Shown piece after piece: positions 9,783 to 19,030 of a stretch of DNA of 44,262 nt. This DNA is from an uncultured archaeon (GTDB lineage: Archaea > Asgardarchaeota > Thorarchaeia > Thorarchaeales > Thorarchaeaceae), in contig CAYYQL010000019.1 in the NCBI GenBank assembly GCA_964473825.1, forward strand, positions 1 through 44,262. The letters run 5' to 3'. Each line of letters begins with the position of its first letter. Position 1 is the stretch's first letter. Made by a program: the position numbers and the translations under genes. The notes below the pieces were generated by a model, which was not told the DNA's origin, did no database searches, and worked only from the letters and a program-made list of their open reading frames with translations.

Positions 9783-10547
9783 GTGTCCAGTCACCTAAGT
9801 GTGAATCTCGGAATAATGACATGTCATGACTATCTCTTCTATGCTAGTCGTGACTACGGAGCGACTGCGAAACCGGCTGACTTCATTGGGAACTACGCTC
9901 TCATGTATGCTATGAACCGGCGCACCCCCGAAATACGCCGAATGATAGACGGAACAACTCCGCACTACAATGAGGACTTGAGCAGGATGCCTGTCTATGT
10001 TACGCCCGCAGCATTCGTCGACGACTTCCCTCATGAAGTATCAACGGGGCAAAGCTGGATTAAGTCATCGGTGCTTCTCGGAGCAATGCGGAAGGGGCAT
10101 TGGAATCGAGGCAACATGACCAGGCTAACTTGGAACAGCATCGGAGAGAGTCTGTTAGAGCGGATGGAGCAAGACAACATCAATCTGCCAAAGAAGGGAG
10201 CATACTATCAACATCCCCCGCTCTCGTCACTTTACTTCTACGCCGTGGGCGAATCTCTACCTACGGTGTTCAGACTCGGCAAGAAGTACTCTCCTGTCAG
10301 AGCGTCATTCTATCCCCTCGACGTGAGAGAGAAGGAGGGGCGCTTTACTCCAACTTGTCCCGTTACAGTCAGCGACCTTCCGGAGTCGACCCGCATACTT
10401 CGCGGCAGTCTTCTTACGGTTCCCCCAACACCTACCCTGATCCTCTCAGAACTGGAAGGAAAATACATCGAGGGAAAAGACCCCGAAGGGGTGGTTCATC
10501 GGTTCCCGATACCGGATACGGAAAAATACCACGAATCTTGGGATTGA
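9783..10547 (+). CDS. csc1: Type I-D Cas5 (Csc1)
   Basis: HDYLFYASR...IGNYALMYA N-terminus and RLGKK; follows csc2. Confidence 0.87.
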   Translation: MSSHLSVNLGIMTCHDYLFYASRDYGATAKPADFIGNYALMYAMNRRTPEIRRMIDGTTPHYNEDLSRMPVYVTPAAFVDDFPHEVSTGQSWIKSSVLLGAMRKGHWNRGNMTRLTWNSIGESLLERMEQDNINLPKKGAYYQHPPLSSLYFYAVGESLPTVFRLGKKYSPVRASFYPLDVREKEGRFTPTCPVTVSDLPESTRILRGSLLTVPPTPTLILSELEGKYIEGKDPEGVVHRFPIPDTEKYHESWD

Positions 10548-10548
10548 G

Positions 10549-12639
10549 GTGTCTGTTGTGAGTCAGGAGAGCCAAGTGACTGTCGGCCCGGTTTTCATAC
10601 CCCAGTCGGAGGTCCAGCTTGGCGAGTTTGAAGCGCTCTACGACCACCAAGTTGCAGCCATCGAGTCCGAGAGCAGTGTAATAGTCGTAGATGCCCCCAC
10701 CGGCGCAGGAAAGACGCTTGCTGCTCTGGCCCGTGTGCTGGAAAGAGACCTACCAACTGTCTTTGTCTATCCTACGAACGCGCTGGTCACAGACCAGGCT
10801 CGAGCAATCAGCGTCCTACTCCAGAAGCTCGGAAGAGAGGTGAATCTGATTGACCGTGAATGGGATCCCAAAACGCTTGGGGAGAGCTCCGATCGGGCTG
10901 TTGATGTGCTTCACTTAACTGGCGAGACCCTTCAGGACCTAGCTGCTGGTGGAGCGAAAGGAACAGCCCTTGAGAAGATCCTGAAAGGCATCTATCAAGG
11001 GGATAGGCTCCGACTGCTACTTACAAATCCCGATATGCTTTACCTAGCCATGAGCGGACGATATGCGCGGCATGGACGTATCATCGAGCAACTTGATACA
11101 TTCAAGACGTTCGTTGTTGATGAGTTTCATCTGTACTCAGGTCCTTCTCTTGCACGGCTTGTGTTCATGTTGAACCACCTCAGGGTGAGCGATTCGAATC
11201 CCGCGGTTGACATCGTATTCCTCAGTGCGACTCATGGCGAGACTATTGACTTGATTACCAATAGCTACATGGACGTAGATATTGTGAGGGCGGAGCCACT
11301 CACTGAGCCCAGCAGTCGCAGCCGACAAGTGCGGCACGAAACCCTCTGCAAGCTCACCACGAAGAACAGGGTGATGACTGGTACCGAGGATGCAGATCAG
11401 GTCGCGAAGAGCCTGATAGAGTTCTACTTCCAAGACTACATCTGGCCAGGAGAACCGCCCAATGTCAAAGTGTTGGGAATCTTCTCTTCCGTTACCTTTG
11501 CTGTACAAGTGACGGAGAGAGTCAAAGAGGAACTGACAGAGAGGGGACTGGATGCAGACGCCATAGTGAAGCAGCTGCACGGTCTGATTCCTCATAGTGC
11601 CCGGCCGAAAATCCAGACCCTATCCGAGTGTATACTGGTGGGCACCTCTGCAATCGAGGTGGGTGTCGATTTTGATGTTCCATTCTTGGTCATGGAGGCA
11701 CACGATTTAGCATCTTTCCTACAAAGGTTTGGCAGAGGGGGCAGACACAACAAATGCGAATCCATCCTCTACCTTCCAAACACTATGGTAGACAGACTCA
11801 GAGATGCATCATCTTGGTCATTCCCTGATCTTGTGAATCTGGCTGCGGATGCATTCAGGGAACTTCCCTCGTATGCCGCATTCATGTGTAGCTCCCAAGC
11901 GAGAGAAATGCTGCTGTCCATGGCCCTAGCCGGAAGCCAGGAGTTGGAGTTCTACCCAAAGAAGAGGATGACCTACAATGTGCAGTCGGCAGTTGAACAC
12001 TTCCGTTTCTTGGTTGATGCCAATGCGGCAGTGAGTATTGGAAACGAGTCTTTGTCAGAATCTATAGGGCCCTTGGAATCGGAGATTATCAAGATAGACT
12101 TGTACCATCCGCGGGTAAAGACCATGGCAGAGTATAGTTTTTTGCGAGGTACAATGAACTCGATTCTGGTAGCATTTCCCGGGGCGCTTGTTGGAAGCAA
12201 TCTCGCAAAAGTCTATTCAGAACTTGATGTGTTTGAAGTCTTCAGATTGAGAGGAAGGCTAGAGGAGGCAAAGGCTCACTGGGAGATGATTCCAGCTGCG
12301 TACAAGAGAAGATATGGCGAGAACGACCCAGTCTTCATCGTGGAGGAGATTGGGAAAACGGACTACCCACGGGTCTTTGTGACTTCAGATGCATATTGCA
12401 GACGGTGCACGGCGGTGTTCAATGATGATGTCACGATTCGAGTCGGCAATACTCGGATGCGGCATATCCTTCGTGATCTCCTACACAGGCGGAATCTCGT
12501 CTATTTCTGGAGAGGGATGAACCGAATGACCGATTATCGAATCCCTCGAATCTACGCAGAGGAGGAGAATGGTGCCGTCGTTATTGGCGACTGGGCCCTG
12601 GTTGCAGAATACCTTGACAAGGAGGAGGAGTCAGAATGA
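10549..12639 (+). CDS. cas3: Type I-D Cas3' helicase (no HD domain)
   Basis: APTGAGKT, YPTNAL, DEFH, SAT, GTSAIEVGVD and QRFGRGGR SF2 motifs. Confidence 0.92.
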   Translation: MSVVSQESQVTVGPVFIPQSEVQLGEFEALYDHQVAAIESESSVIVVDAPTGAGKTLAALARVLERDLPTVFVYPTNALVTDQARAISVLLQKLGREVNLIDREWDPKTLGESSDRAVDVLHLTGETLQDLAAGGAKGTALEKILKGIYQGDRLRLLLTNPDMLYLAMSGRYARHGRIIEQLDTFKTFVVDEFHLYSGPSLARLVFMLNHLRVSDSNPAVDIVFLSATHGETIDLITNSYMDVDIVRAEPLTEPSSRSRQVRHETLCKLTTKNRVMTGTEDADQVAKSLIEFYFQDYIWPGEPPNVKVLGIFSSVTFAVQVTERVKEELTERGLDADAIVKQLHGLIPHSARPKIQTLSECILVGTSAIEVGVDFDVPFLVMEAHDLASFLQRFGRGGRHNKCESILYLPNTMVDRLRDASSWSFPDLVNLAADAFRELPSYAAFMCSSQAREMLLSMALAGSQELEFYPKKRMTYNVQSAVEHFRFLVDANAAVSIGNESLSESIGPLESEIIKIDLYHPRVKTMAEYSFLRGTMNSILVAFPGALVGSNLAKVYSELDVFEVFRLRGRLEEAKAHWEMIPAAYKRRYGENDPVFIVEEIGKTDYPRVFVTSDAYCRRCTAVFNDDVTIRVGNTRMRHILRDLLHRRNLVYFWRGMNRMTDYRIPRIYAEEENGAVVIGDWALVAEYLDKEEESE

Positions 12640-13445
12640 TAACACTAGACTTTCACGTGATGAGTCCATTCTCAGGAACACTGAACTACACTGGTAGCCC
12701 TCTGCGAGCTGCCTTTCTCAACTTGGTGAGAGATTGCGATTATGAACTGAGCAACAATATTCATGAGACGGGGGCCATTCGCCAGTATTCGTTGCACCCG
12801 TTTCCGTTTAACCGCCAGTTCAACACGAATTTCAACGAGGGAGAGGAGTACAGATTCAAAGTCAATCTTCTTGATGCTGACAAGTTCAAAGACGCCATAC
12901 GAAATATCGCCTTGGGCATCAATTCGGACATACGACTCCATCATCACGCATTCCCAATCAGGCGGATTGACTTCGATCATAATGATGCGAATCAGCTCAT
13001 GACTGGATGGACCGAACCTGTGAAGGAGTTGGATGTCAAATCGATCCGAATAGGCATGTATTTTGAAACCCCTACTCAGCTCTCAGTGTATGGAAGCGAC
13101 TATGCATGTGTACTTCCGCAGCCTGCGCGCGTCTTCACAGCATTGCTTCGGGTCTGGGAGTCTATCGAGAAGAGCTCGACAGTCGAATATACCTCGGAGT
13201 ACCGCGACTGGGTGGAGCAGAACGTTCATATCAGTCGCCACCGTATTCATACTGCACATGTCCCGATAGGAAGGCGGCGACAAGTTGTAGGATTTGTGGG
13301 CGATGTGGACTACATCATAGACACAGCGGATTCGCAGCTGGTGGCTCTTACGGTAGGGCTGGCAAGATTCGCTGAATTGAGCAACATAGGAAAAAATCGC
13401 ACTGCCGGATTTGGCAAGGTGTCAGTCGATGTGACTGGGGGTTGA
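12636..13445 (+). CDS. cas6: CRISPR RNA-processing endoribonuclease Cas6
   Basis: C-terminal Gly-rich loop IGKNRTAGFGKV, plus FETPT and GFVG. Confidence 0.92.
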   Translation: MITLDFHVMSPFSGTLNYTGSPLRAAFLNLVRDCDYELSNNIHETGAIRQYSLHPFPFNRQFNTNFNEGEEYRFKVNLLDADKFKDAIRNIALGINSDIRLHHHAFPIRRIDFDHNDANQLMTGWTEPVKELDVKSIRIGMYFETPTQLSVYGSDYACVLPQPARVFTALLRVWESIEKSSTVEYTSEYRDWVEQNVHISRHRIHTAHVPIGRRRQVVGFVGDVDYIIDTADSQLVALTVGLARFAELSNIGKNRTAGFGKVSVDVTGG

Positions 13446-13477
13446 AGGATAAGGCAAAGGCATGATGGAGTTGGAGG

Positions 13478-14428
13478 GTGGAAATGTATCTCATTCCTGA
13501 GAATGTGAAGAGGAGGCTGTTGAGACGGTATCGAAAGAGGTCTCGCGAAGTAGTTGTGGATGAGAGGTTCAGAGGGTGGTCATGGGAGTATCCGCCTCTC
13601 GACCCGCCGTACGACATCCATCTCTCCCTCAGCGAGCTTGCCGGCAGATACTGTGAATCGATGCGCGATATCTATCTGAAGCATGTTGAGGGAATAAAGA
13701 AGCCCACAACAGCCAAGATGATCATGGGAGGACTCTATCACGAGATTGTGGCCCTTGTCTTCGAGAATGCAAAACGCGGCCTCTACAGCCTAGGTCAGGT
13801 GACAGGTACAGAACTCGGCAACCATCTCACAGAGATTCGTGATGACGTCATCGAGGACATGATGAACAAGACCAGAAAGCCGGACGTCACTGACCGCGGC
13901 GGGGGGTGGAACCCTGAGACCATCAGCACGAACCTCGCATGGCTCTGGGACTACGCAGTCAGCCAGATTATAGCATCCGTTGATCGCGTTCGAGCTGACC
14001 AACCGTATATCGGTCTTGATGCTCTCGTAAGCACTGCCTTGCCCATCGTTGTGGAACAAAAGCTCGACGGAAGAAATCTTGGATTGAGTGGCTACCTCAG
14101 CGCTGATGCCTACGGTTCTGAGGGTGTGGTCATGGACATCAAGACGGGGCGAAAGTGGCGATTTCACAGGCTTGCCACAACTGGATATGCCCTGGTGATT
14201 GAGAGTATTCACGAATATCCGGTTGACGTTGGTTGTATCATCTATTGCTGGTTAGAAGGAGCCCCCAAGCCCACAGTCAAGTACGAGGTGCACAGCATTG
14301 ATGAGCCATTACGACAAGAATTCATCGAGAACAGGGATGATGCCATGAAGATAGTATATGACGAACGTGATCCAGGGTTACCGACAAAGTGCTATGAGGA
14401 TTGTCCGTACTGGCACCACTGTCACTGA
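13478..14428 (+). CDS. csa1: Cas4-family protein Csa1/Cas4a
   Basis: RGWSWEYPPLDPP...LSELAGRYCESMRDIYL, DIKTG, GYALVIES and terminal CYEDCPYWHHC. Confidence 0.87.
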   Translation: MEMYLIPENVKRRLLRRYRKRSREVVVDERFRGWSWEYPPLDPPYDIHLSLSELAGRYCESMRDIYLKHVEGIKKPTTAKMIMGGLYHEIVALVFENAKRGLYSLGQVTGTELGNHLTEIRDDVIEDMMNKTRKPDVTDRGGGWNPETISTNLAWLWDYAVSQIIASVDRVRADQPYIGLDALVSTALPIVVEQKLDGRNLGLSGYLSADAYGSEGVVMDIKTGRKWRFHRLATTGYALVIESIHEYPVDVGCIIYCWLEGAPKPTVKYEVHSIDEPLRQEFIENRDDAMKIVYDERDPGLPTKCYEDCPYWHHCH

Positions 14429-14560
14429 AAAAGAAACCAGCTCCGAGGGAGTGCGATGACACCAGACCGCTCGGAGCCTTCCATTGAACTAGGGTGGGGC
14501 ACTCAGGCCCCTTAGACCCACGACCAACCGTGTCTTACCACGGCCAGTCAGGATCCTCAG
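14429..14560 (-). ncRNA. Candidate small structured RNA, convergent with csa1
   Basis: Consecutive hairpins that pair better on the minus strand through G-U pairs (GACTGGCCGTG/CACGGTTGGTC, GCTCCGAG/CTCGGAGC), ending in a T-rich tract. Confidence 0.4.
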
Positions 14561-14663
14561 GATCAAAGACAACTACATACATAGTAATCGATGATACTGG
14601 ACCCAGTCATAGTGAAGGCCTAGAACGCTTCAAGTTGCGACAGCAGACGAAAGCTGTTACACA

Positions 14664-14680
14664 AGAGGAAACTTTCCTCT
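14664..14680. promoter_or_regulatory. Perfect palindrome AGAGGAAA-C-TTTCCTCT upstream of csa3; candidate operator
   Basis: 8-bp inverted repeat with a 1-nt centre, ~50 nt before the csa3 start. Confidence 0.4.
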
Positions 14681-14729
14681 CCAACGGAAAGTCTTATCGG
14701 AGAGCAATGCATCGAACCTGCAGTCAAAA

Positions 14730-15383
14730 ATGAAACTCCACGTGGCTACTCTAGGACTCCACGCGAATCAACGCGTGATTCGTTCAATCATGGAAAGAGG
14801 TGCACAGAAAGTAGTGCTCTTGTTCACCGACAAGAATGAGTCAGAGTTACCACGGTTGTTATCTCTTTTTGAGCAGTCAGGAATACCTGTTGAGAAGATC
14901 AAGACCAAACCTTGGAATTACGACGCGGTTCTCAAGGATATCCTTGAGGTTGTATCGCACCATCCCAATGCAGAGATCGAATTCAACGGATCCTGCGGAA
15001 CAAGAATCATGACGGCAGCCGTATACATGGCCGCCATACTAACACAGTCCCCTGTGTTGATTGTTGCTGAGGACGAAGCGGGAGAGCCCAAGGGAGATCT
15101 CCTCACAATCTCTCCGGGCCAGACCATGAAACTCACACCTCCCAAGATGCGAATCATAGAGAAGCTACTAGACGAAGGCGGCTCAGTTGAAACCCAGAGT
15201 GACCTAGGCTCAAGGCGTAGCCTGAAATCGGGGTCCATCACGAAACATCTGCAAGAACTTGAGAGAGCAGGGTACATCCGTCGGAAGAAGTCAGGCCGGG
15301 CGAAACGTGTGACCCTGACAGACCTCGGACGCGCTATGTTCGATGCCAAGAAGGTCAGAAGACAGAGAATCTGGAGGGGGTAG
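14730..15383 (+). CDS. csa3: Csa3-like CARF-wHTH transcriptional regulator
   Basis: N-terminal Rossmann-like VATLG...NGSCGTRIM; C-terminal wHTH SITKHLQELERAGYI...RVTLTDLG. Confidence 0.8.
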   Translation: MKLHVATLGLHANQRVIRSIMERGAQKVVLLFTDKNESELPRLLSLFEQSGIPVEKIKTKPWNYDAVLKDILEVVSHHPNAEIEFNGSCGTRIMTAAVYMAAILTQSPVLIVAEDEAGEPKGDLLTISPGQTMKLTPPKMRIIEKLLDEGGSVETQSDLGSRRSLKSGSITKHLQELERAGYIRRKKSGRAKRVTLTDLGRAMFDAKKVRRQRIWRG

Positions 15384-17010
15384 GTGTCTGACCTCCAGTT
15401 CTGAGGATTGGATTGAAGGAGAGGGGGTCGATAGACTCTGGAAAAGGCATGCTCAAAACATCTATTCGCAGTTTGGACTGCAGGCATCCCCAAAGCCTGA
15501 GACTGTAAGACTGGTTCGCGAAACCCAACACCTGCCGCCCCATGGGTACTCAAGAGAGGGACCCTCACTCGTACTGTCACAGGAAATCTCCAACGCTGAT
15601 GTACCTCTAGAGGGAATCGTGGCTAGTGAAGCCCTTCGGAGTGCCATCGATGAACTTGCAATCTGTTCCGAGGCCAAGACTGACATTTCCATGGAATATG
15701 CGCGTCAGGCCCTCTCCGGTACTGACGAAGAAAAGTGGCGTGAATGGTGGGCTGAGACCTACCCCAAGCAGAGAGTGTCGCCTAATCTACTACATCATCC
15801 TGCGAGGGTTTTCACTCGGCTCTATAGCATTGCAGGAATAGAAGGCATCCATTCCCTTCTCAGGATGGTAAGAGCCGTATCAAGGACTCAGGACGAACTC
15901 GACCTGGTGGACTACGTTCGGTTACTGCACGTCAGAATCCGCGAGATGAGCTCGACCCTCAATGAGACTGAGCTTCTCATCGCAGCAGAGCTGACTCGCA
16001 GTCACAATGTGACTCTCAAGGAGGTGGCGGAGAAGACAGATTTCAGTCCGCAGTGGGTCTCAAAGAACGTGCGGGAGATGAAGAAGAGAGGTGTCTTACG
16101 AGAGTTCCAACACATCAGATTCTCCAAAGTTGGAATCCGGATGTTCAATGTACTCCTCGCTTCGTCACGAGAAGAGGTCGATCCTCTGGAGCTCGTAGAG
16201 AACTGCCCATTCTTGTATGGATATCGCAGGATTCTGACCGGACGTTGGACTCTCCATGCAGTCTTGACCGTGCCCGACTCGGTGCATAACATCAAGGCCA
16301 TCGAACAGCTTCCCGCTTATGGGAAGAAATGGGGTGTCTTGGTAGACATATCTGAGGTCAGTAGTTCCTGCACAAGATTCGCATTCGAACACTATGACTG
16401 TCAGTCGCAAGCATGGAGGATTCCTTGGCAATCAATTCGAGAAGCCGCAGCTCTGCTACTGAATGGTCATCTCGACATGGATCCAGTGGAGCTCGAATAC
16501 GCCGAACAGAGAATCAAGTATCAGTTGGACAGGCTCGATATCAAGATCATGGATGCCATAAGACGGCGTCTACCGAACATTGCTGCAATACGTCGGGACG
16601 TTCAAGCGAGTCAGAACAAAGTGGCGAGCAAAGTTCAGAAACTGCGCGACCTTGGTGTTATCGTGACCCGTAGGGAGGTACACAACATAGGCTTGAATGA
16701 GGGAGTTGTTATCAAGACACAGGGAGAGAGTCTTGTCCCCGAGTTGCTCTCATGGGTGAACTATCTCCCGAGGTCGATCACCTCCCTAGATACTGCTGGC
16801 AATCTGTTTGTCTCGTCGTACCTTCCCCTTGGTGGCGCCTATGGGGCCATCAGGGCAGCCAGAGAATTCGGCCCAGATGTGTCAGTTAACGTTGTAGGAG
16901 ACTATGTGTATGGAGGCTGGGGATTCCCAGCGGAACTCTGGGACAAAGACAGGCAGCTGTGGACTGCGCCACGCGAGAGAATCATGGATTGGATCGAATT
17001 GCTGAGGTAA
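15343..17010 (+). CDS. ~550-aa protein with tandem wHTH + Lrp/AsnC-like domains (paralog A); true start probably near 15388
   Basis: HTH segments LKEVAEKTDFSPQWVSKNVREM and IAAIRRDVQASQNKVASKVQKLRDLGVI; colinear with 19403-21031. Confidence 0.75.
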   Translation: MPRRSEDRESGGGRCLTSSSEDWIEGEGVDRLWKRHAQNIYSQFGLQASPKPETVRLVRETQHLPPHGYSREGPSLVLSQEISNADVPLEGIVASEALRSAIDELAICSEAKTDISMEYARQALSGTDEEKWREWWAETYPKQRVSPNLLHHPARVFTRLYSIAGIEGIHSLLRMVRAVSRTQDELDLVDYVRLLHVRIREMSSTLNETELLIAAELTRSHNVTLKEVAEKTDFSPQWVSKNVREMKKRGVLREFQHIRFSKVGIRMFNVLLASSREEVDPLELVENCPFLYGYRRILTGRWTLHAVLTVPDSVHNIKAIEQLPAYGKKWGVLVDISEVSSSCTRFAFEHYDCQSQAWRIPWQSIREAAALLLNGHLDMDPVELEYAEQRIKYQLDRLDIKIMDAIRRRLPNIAAIRRDVQASQNKVASKVQKLRDLGVIVTRREVHNIGLNEGVVIKTQGESLVPELLSWVNYLPRSITSLDTAGNLFVSSYLPLGGAYGAIRAAREFGPDVSVNVVGDYVYGGWGFPAELWDKDRQLWTAPRERIMDWIELLR

Positions 17011-17046
17011 ACCAGAATCAATCTCTGATTCTAGATGGCCTGACAA

Positions 17047-17150
17047 GGGGGCTCTTATAAAGGACTATACAGAATGGAGGCCCCCGCCGCGGTTCTTCGA
17101 AAGAAGGTTTATGAGGACTTCTCTCGTTAAATAGAGCGAAAAACCCGCGG
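17047..17150 (+). promoter_or_regulatory. Leader of array 2
   Basis: Homologous to leader 1; CTTATAAA and TTAAATAG boxes. Confidence 0.9.
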
Positions 17151-18489
17151 GTTGCAGAAGTAAATCCCAGATTGAGGGAATTGAAAGGGATATAGGTCTT
17201 TCATCCAGACCCCGTAACGGTGGCGCTGTTGCAGAAGTAAATCCCAGATTGAGGGAATTGAAAGTTGCTAGGATTACACTCGTTGTTCGATCAGACATGT
17301 TTCCGTTGCAGAAGTAAATCCCAGATTGAGGGAATTGAAAGCCGTAGTATTTGTCTTTGACAATCCGCACAAGCTCCATAGTTGCAGAAGTAAATCCCAG
17401 ATTGAGGGAATTGAAAGCTCAGCTCAAGGCCTTCATTGATTATCAGTTCAGCCCAGTGTTGCAGAAGTAAATCCCAGATTGAGGGAATTGAAAGGGGTGT
17501 AACCCTTGCGACTCTAACGCTCGCTCTATCAACTCAGTTGCAGAAGTAAATCCCAGATTGAGGGAATTGAAAGACAACGGCCCATTTAGGCCCCTGTTGG
17601 GTTAACTCAAGGTTGCAGAAGTAAATCCCAGATTGAGGGAATTGAAAGACCACCGGCCAGTAGCCGATAGCTGGTTGACGGGGGGACTGTTGCAGAAGTA
17701 AATCCCAGATTGAGGGAATTGAAAGGTTCAGGAGGCGCTTGAAAGACGTATTTCTCTTTGTCGGCGTTGCAGAAGTAAATCCCAGATTGAGGGAATTGAA
17801 AGTTTCTTTAGCGGCGTCAACGGTAAACGTTGGCGTTGGAGAAGTTGCAGAAGTAAATCCCAGATTGAGGGAATTGAAAGTTTCTTTAGCGGCGTCAACG
17901 GTAAACGTTGGCGTTGGAGAAGTTGCAGAAGTAAATCCCAGATTGAGGGAATTGAAAGAGACACTTACGCACGCTAGTCGGCCTCCGGGATAGCACCATG
18001 TTGCAGAAGTAAATCCCAGATTGAGGGAATTGAAAGGATATCGAGGCCTTGATTGAAGTTCACTCTGAGACCGTTGCAGAAGTAAATCCCAGATTGAGGG
18101 AATTGAAAGGTTCCATCTAAGAAGAAAAGAGGAAGAAGGAGGTCAAAAAGTTGCAGAAGTAAATCCCAGATTGAGGGAATTGAAAGAAGTGTTAAGATTT
18201 TGATAGGGAAGTTTGTCTTGTCCTGCAGTTGCAGAAGTAAATCCCAGATTGAGGGAATTGAAAGTTCTTGTTCATTGATTGTTTGCATAGTTGTTTCATT
18301 CGTTGCAGAAGTAAATCCCAGATTGAGGGAATTGAAAGACGACACGCCTCTCCAACTTGGGCATCCGATACTGTGTGCGTTGCAGAAGTAAATCCCAGAT
18401 TGAGGGAATTGAAAGGGATCAGGCAGTCCTGTTACCGAAGTAAACTCGGTATGTTGCAGAAGTAAATCCCAGATTGAGGGAATTGAAAG
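17151..18489 (+). CRISPR. CRISPR array 2: 18 intact 37-bp repeats GTTGCAGAAGTAAATCCCAGATTGAGGGAATTGAAAG, plus a degenerate terminal repeat at 18527-18563
   Basis: Repeats counted by eye; differs from the array 1 repeat at 4 positions. Confidence 0.98.
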
Positions 18490-18526
18490 GGCTCGTGTGA
18501 AAGGTAAGAAATGGAAGAAACAGCTA

Positions 18527-18622
18527 GTTGTAGGGATGGATCTCAAATCGAAAGAATGGTGGGAGAAGAAGTTGGAGGCTCTGGGATTGCAGAACCCCAC
18601 CTCTTCCAATCAGTCTTGAAAC
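18527..18622 (+). repeat. Two degenerate repeat-like 37-mers separated by 22 nt
   Basis: 18527-18563 matches the array 2 repeat at 22/37 positions. 18586-18622 is ATTGCAGAA...TTGAAAC, 37 nt with repeat-like ends. Confidence 0.55.
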
Positions 18623-19030
18623 AAGAGAGTACAAGTCCGGGCCTACGTTATTTTCGGAGTGAAGTGATGAGTGGTAAGAATGAGGTGGCGCCCACGCGGG
18701 TAATCGTGGTAGGAGGGGGGAGTTTCGTAATTGAGGGCATGTAACGAAAACTAGCCCGCACAGGCGCCTTGTTGTCGACGTTTCATGCCGCTCAACTATA
18801 GTTGTGGAGGGCTTCCTAATAAATCCAACTGATGTGTACAGCTGCTTACTCAACACATCCCGACATTAGTATGCAAATCCACAGAAACAGTAGTTAATAA
18901 TTCATATCAATACCAATCTCCCACCCCTTAGGCTAGTGGGTCACCGCACAGGCCTAAAATTCGGCCTCTAAGGCACATTTCGAGAGAAGCACCCTTCTAT
19001 TATATACCCGTTTCAAGTTCTGGAAACATA

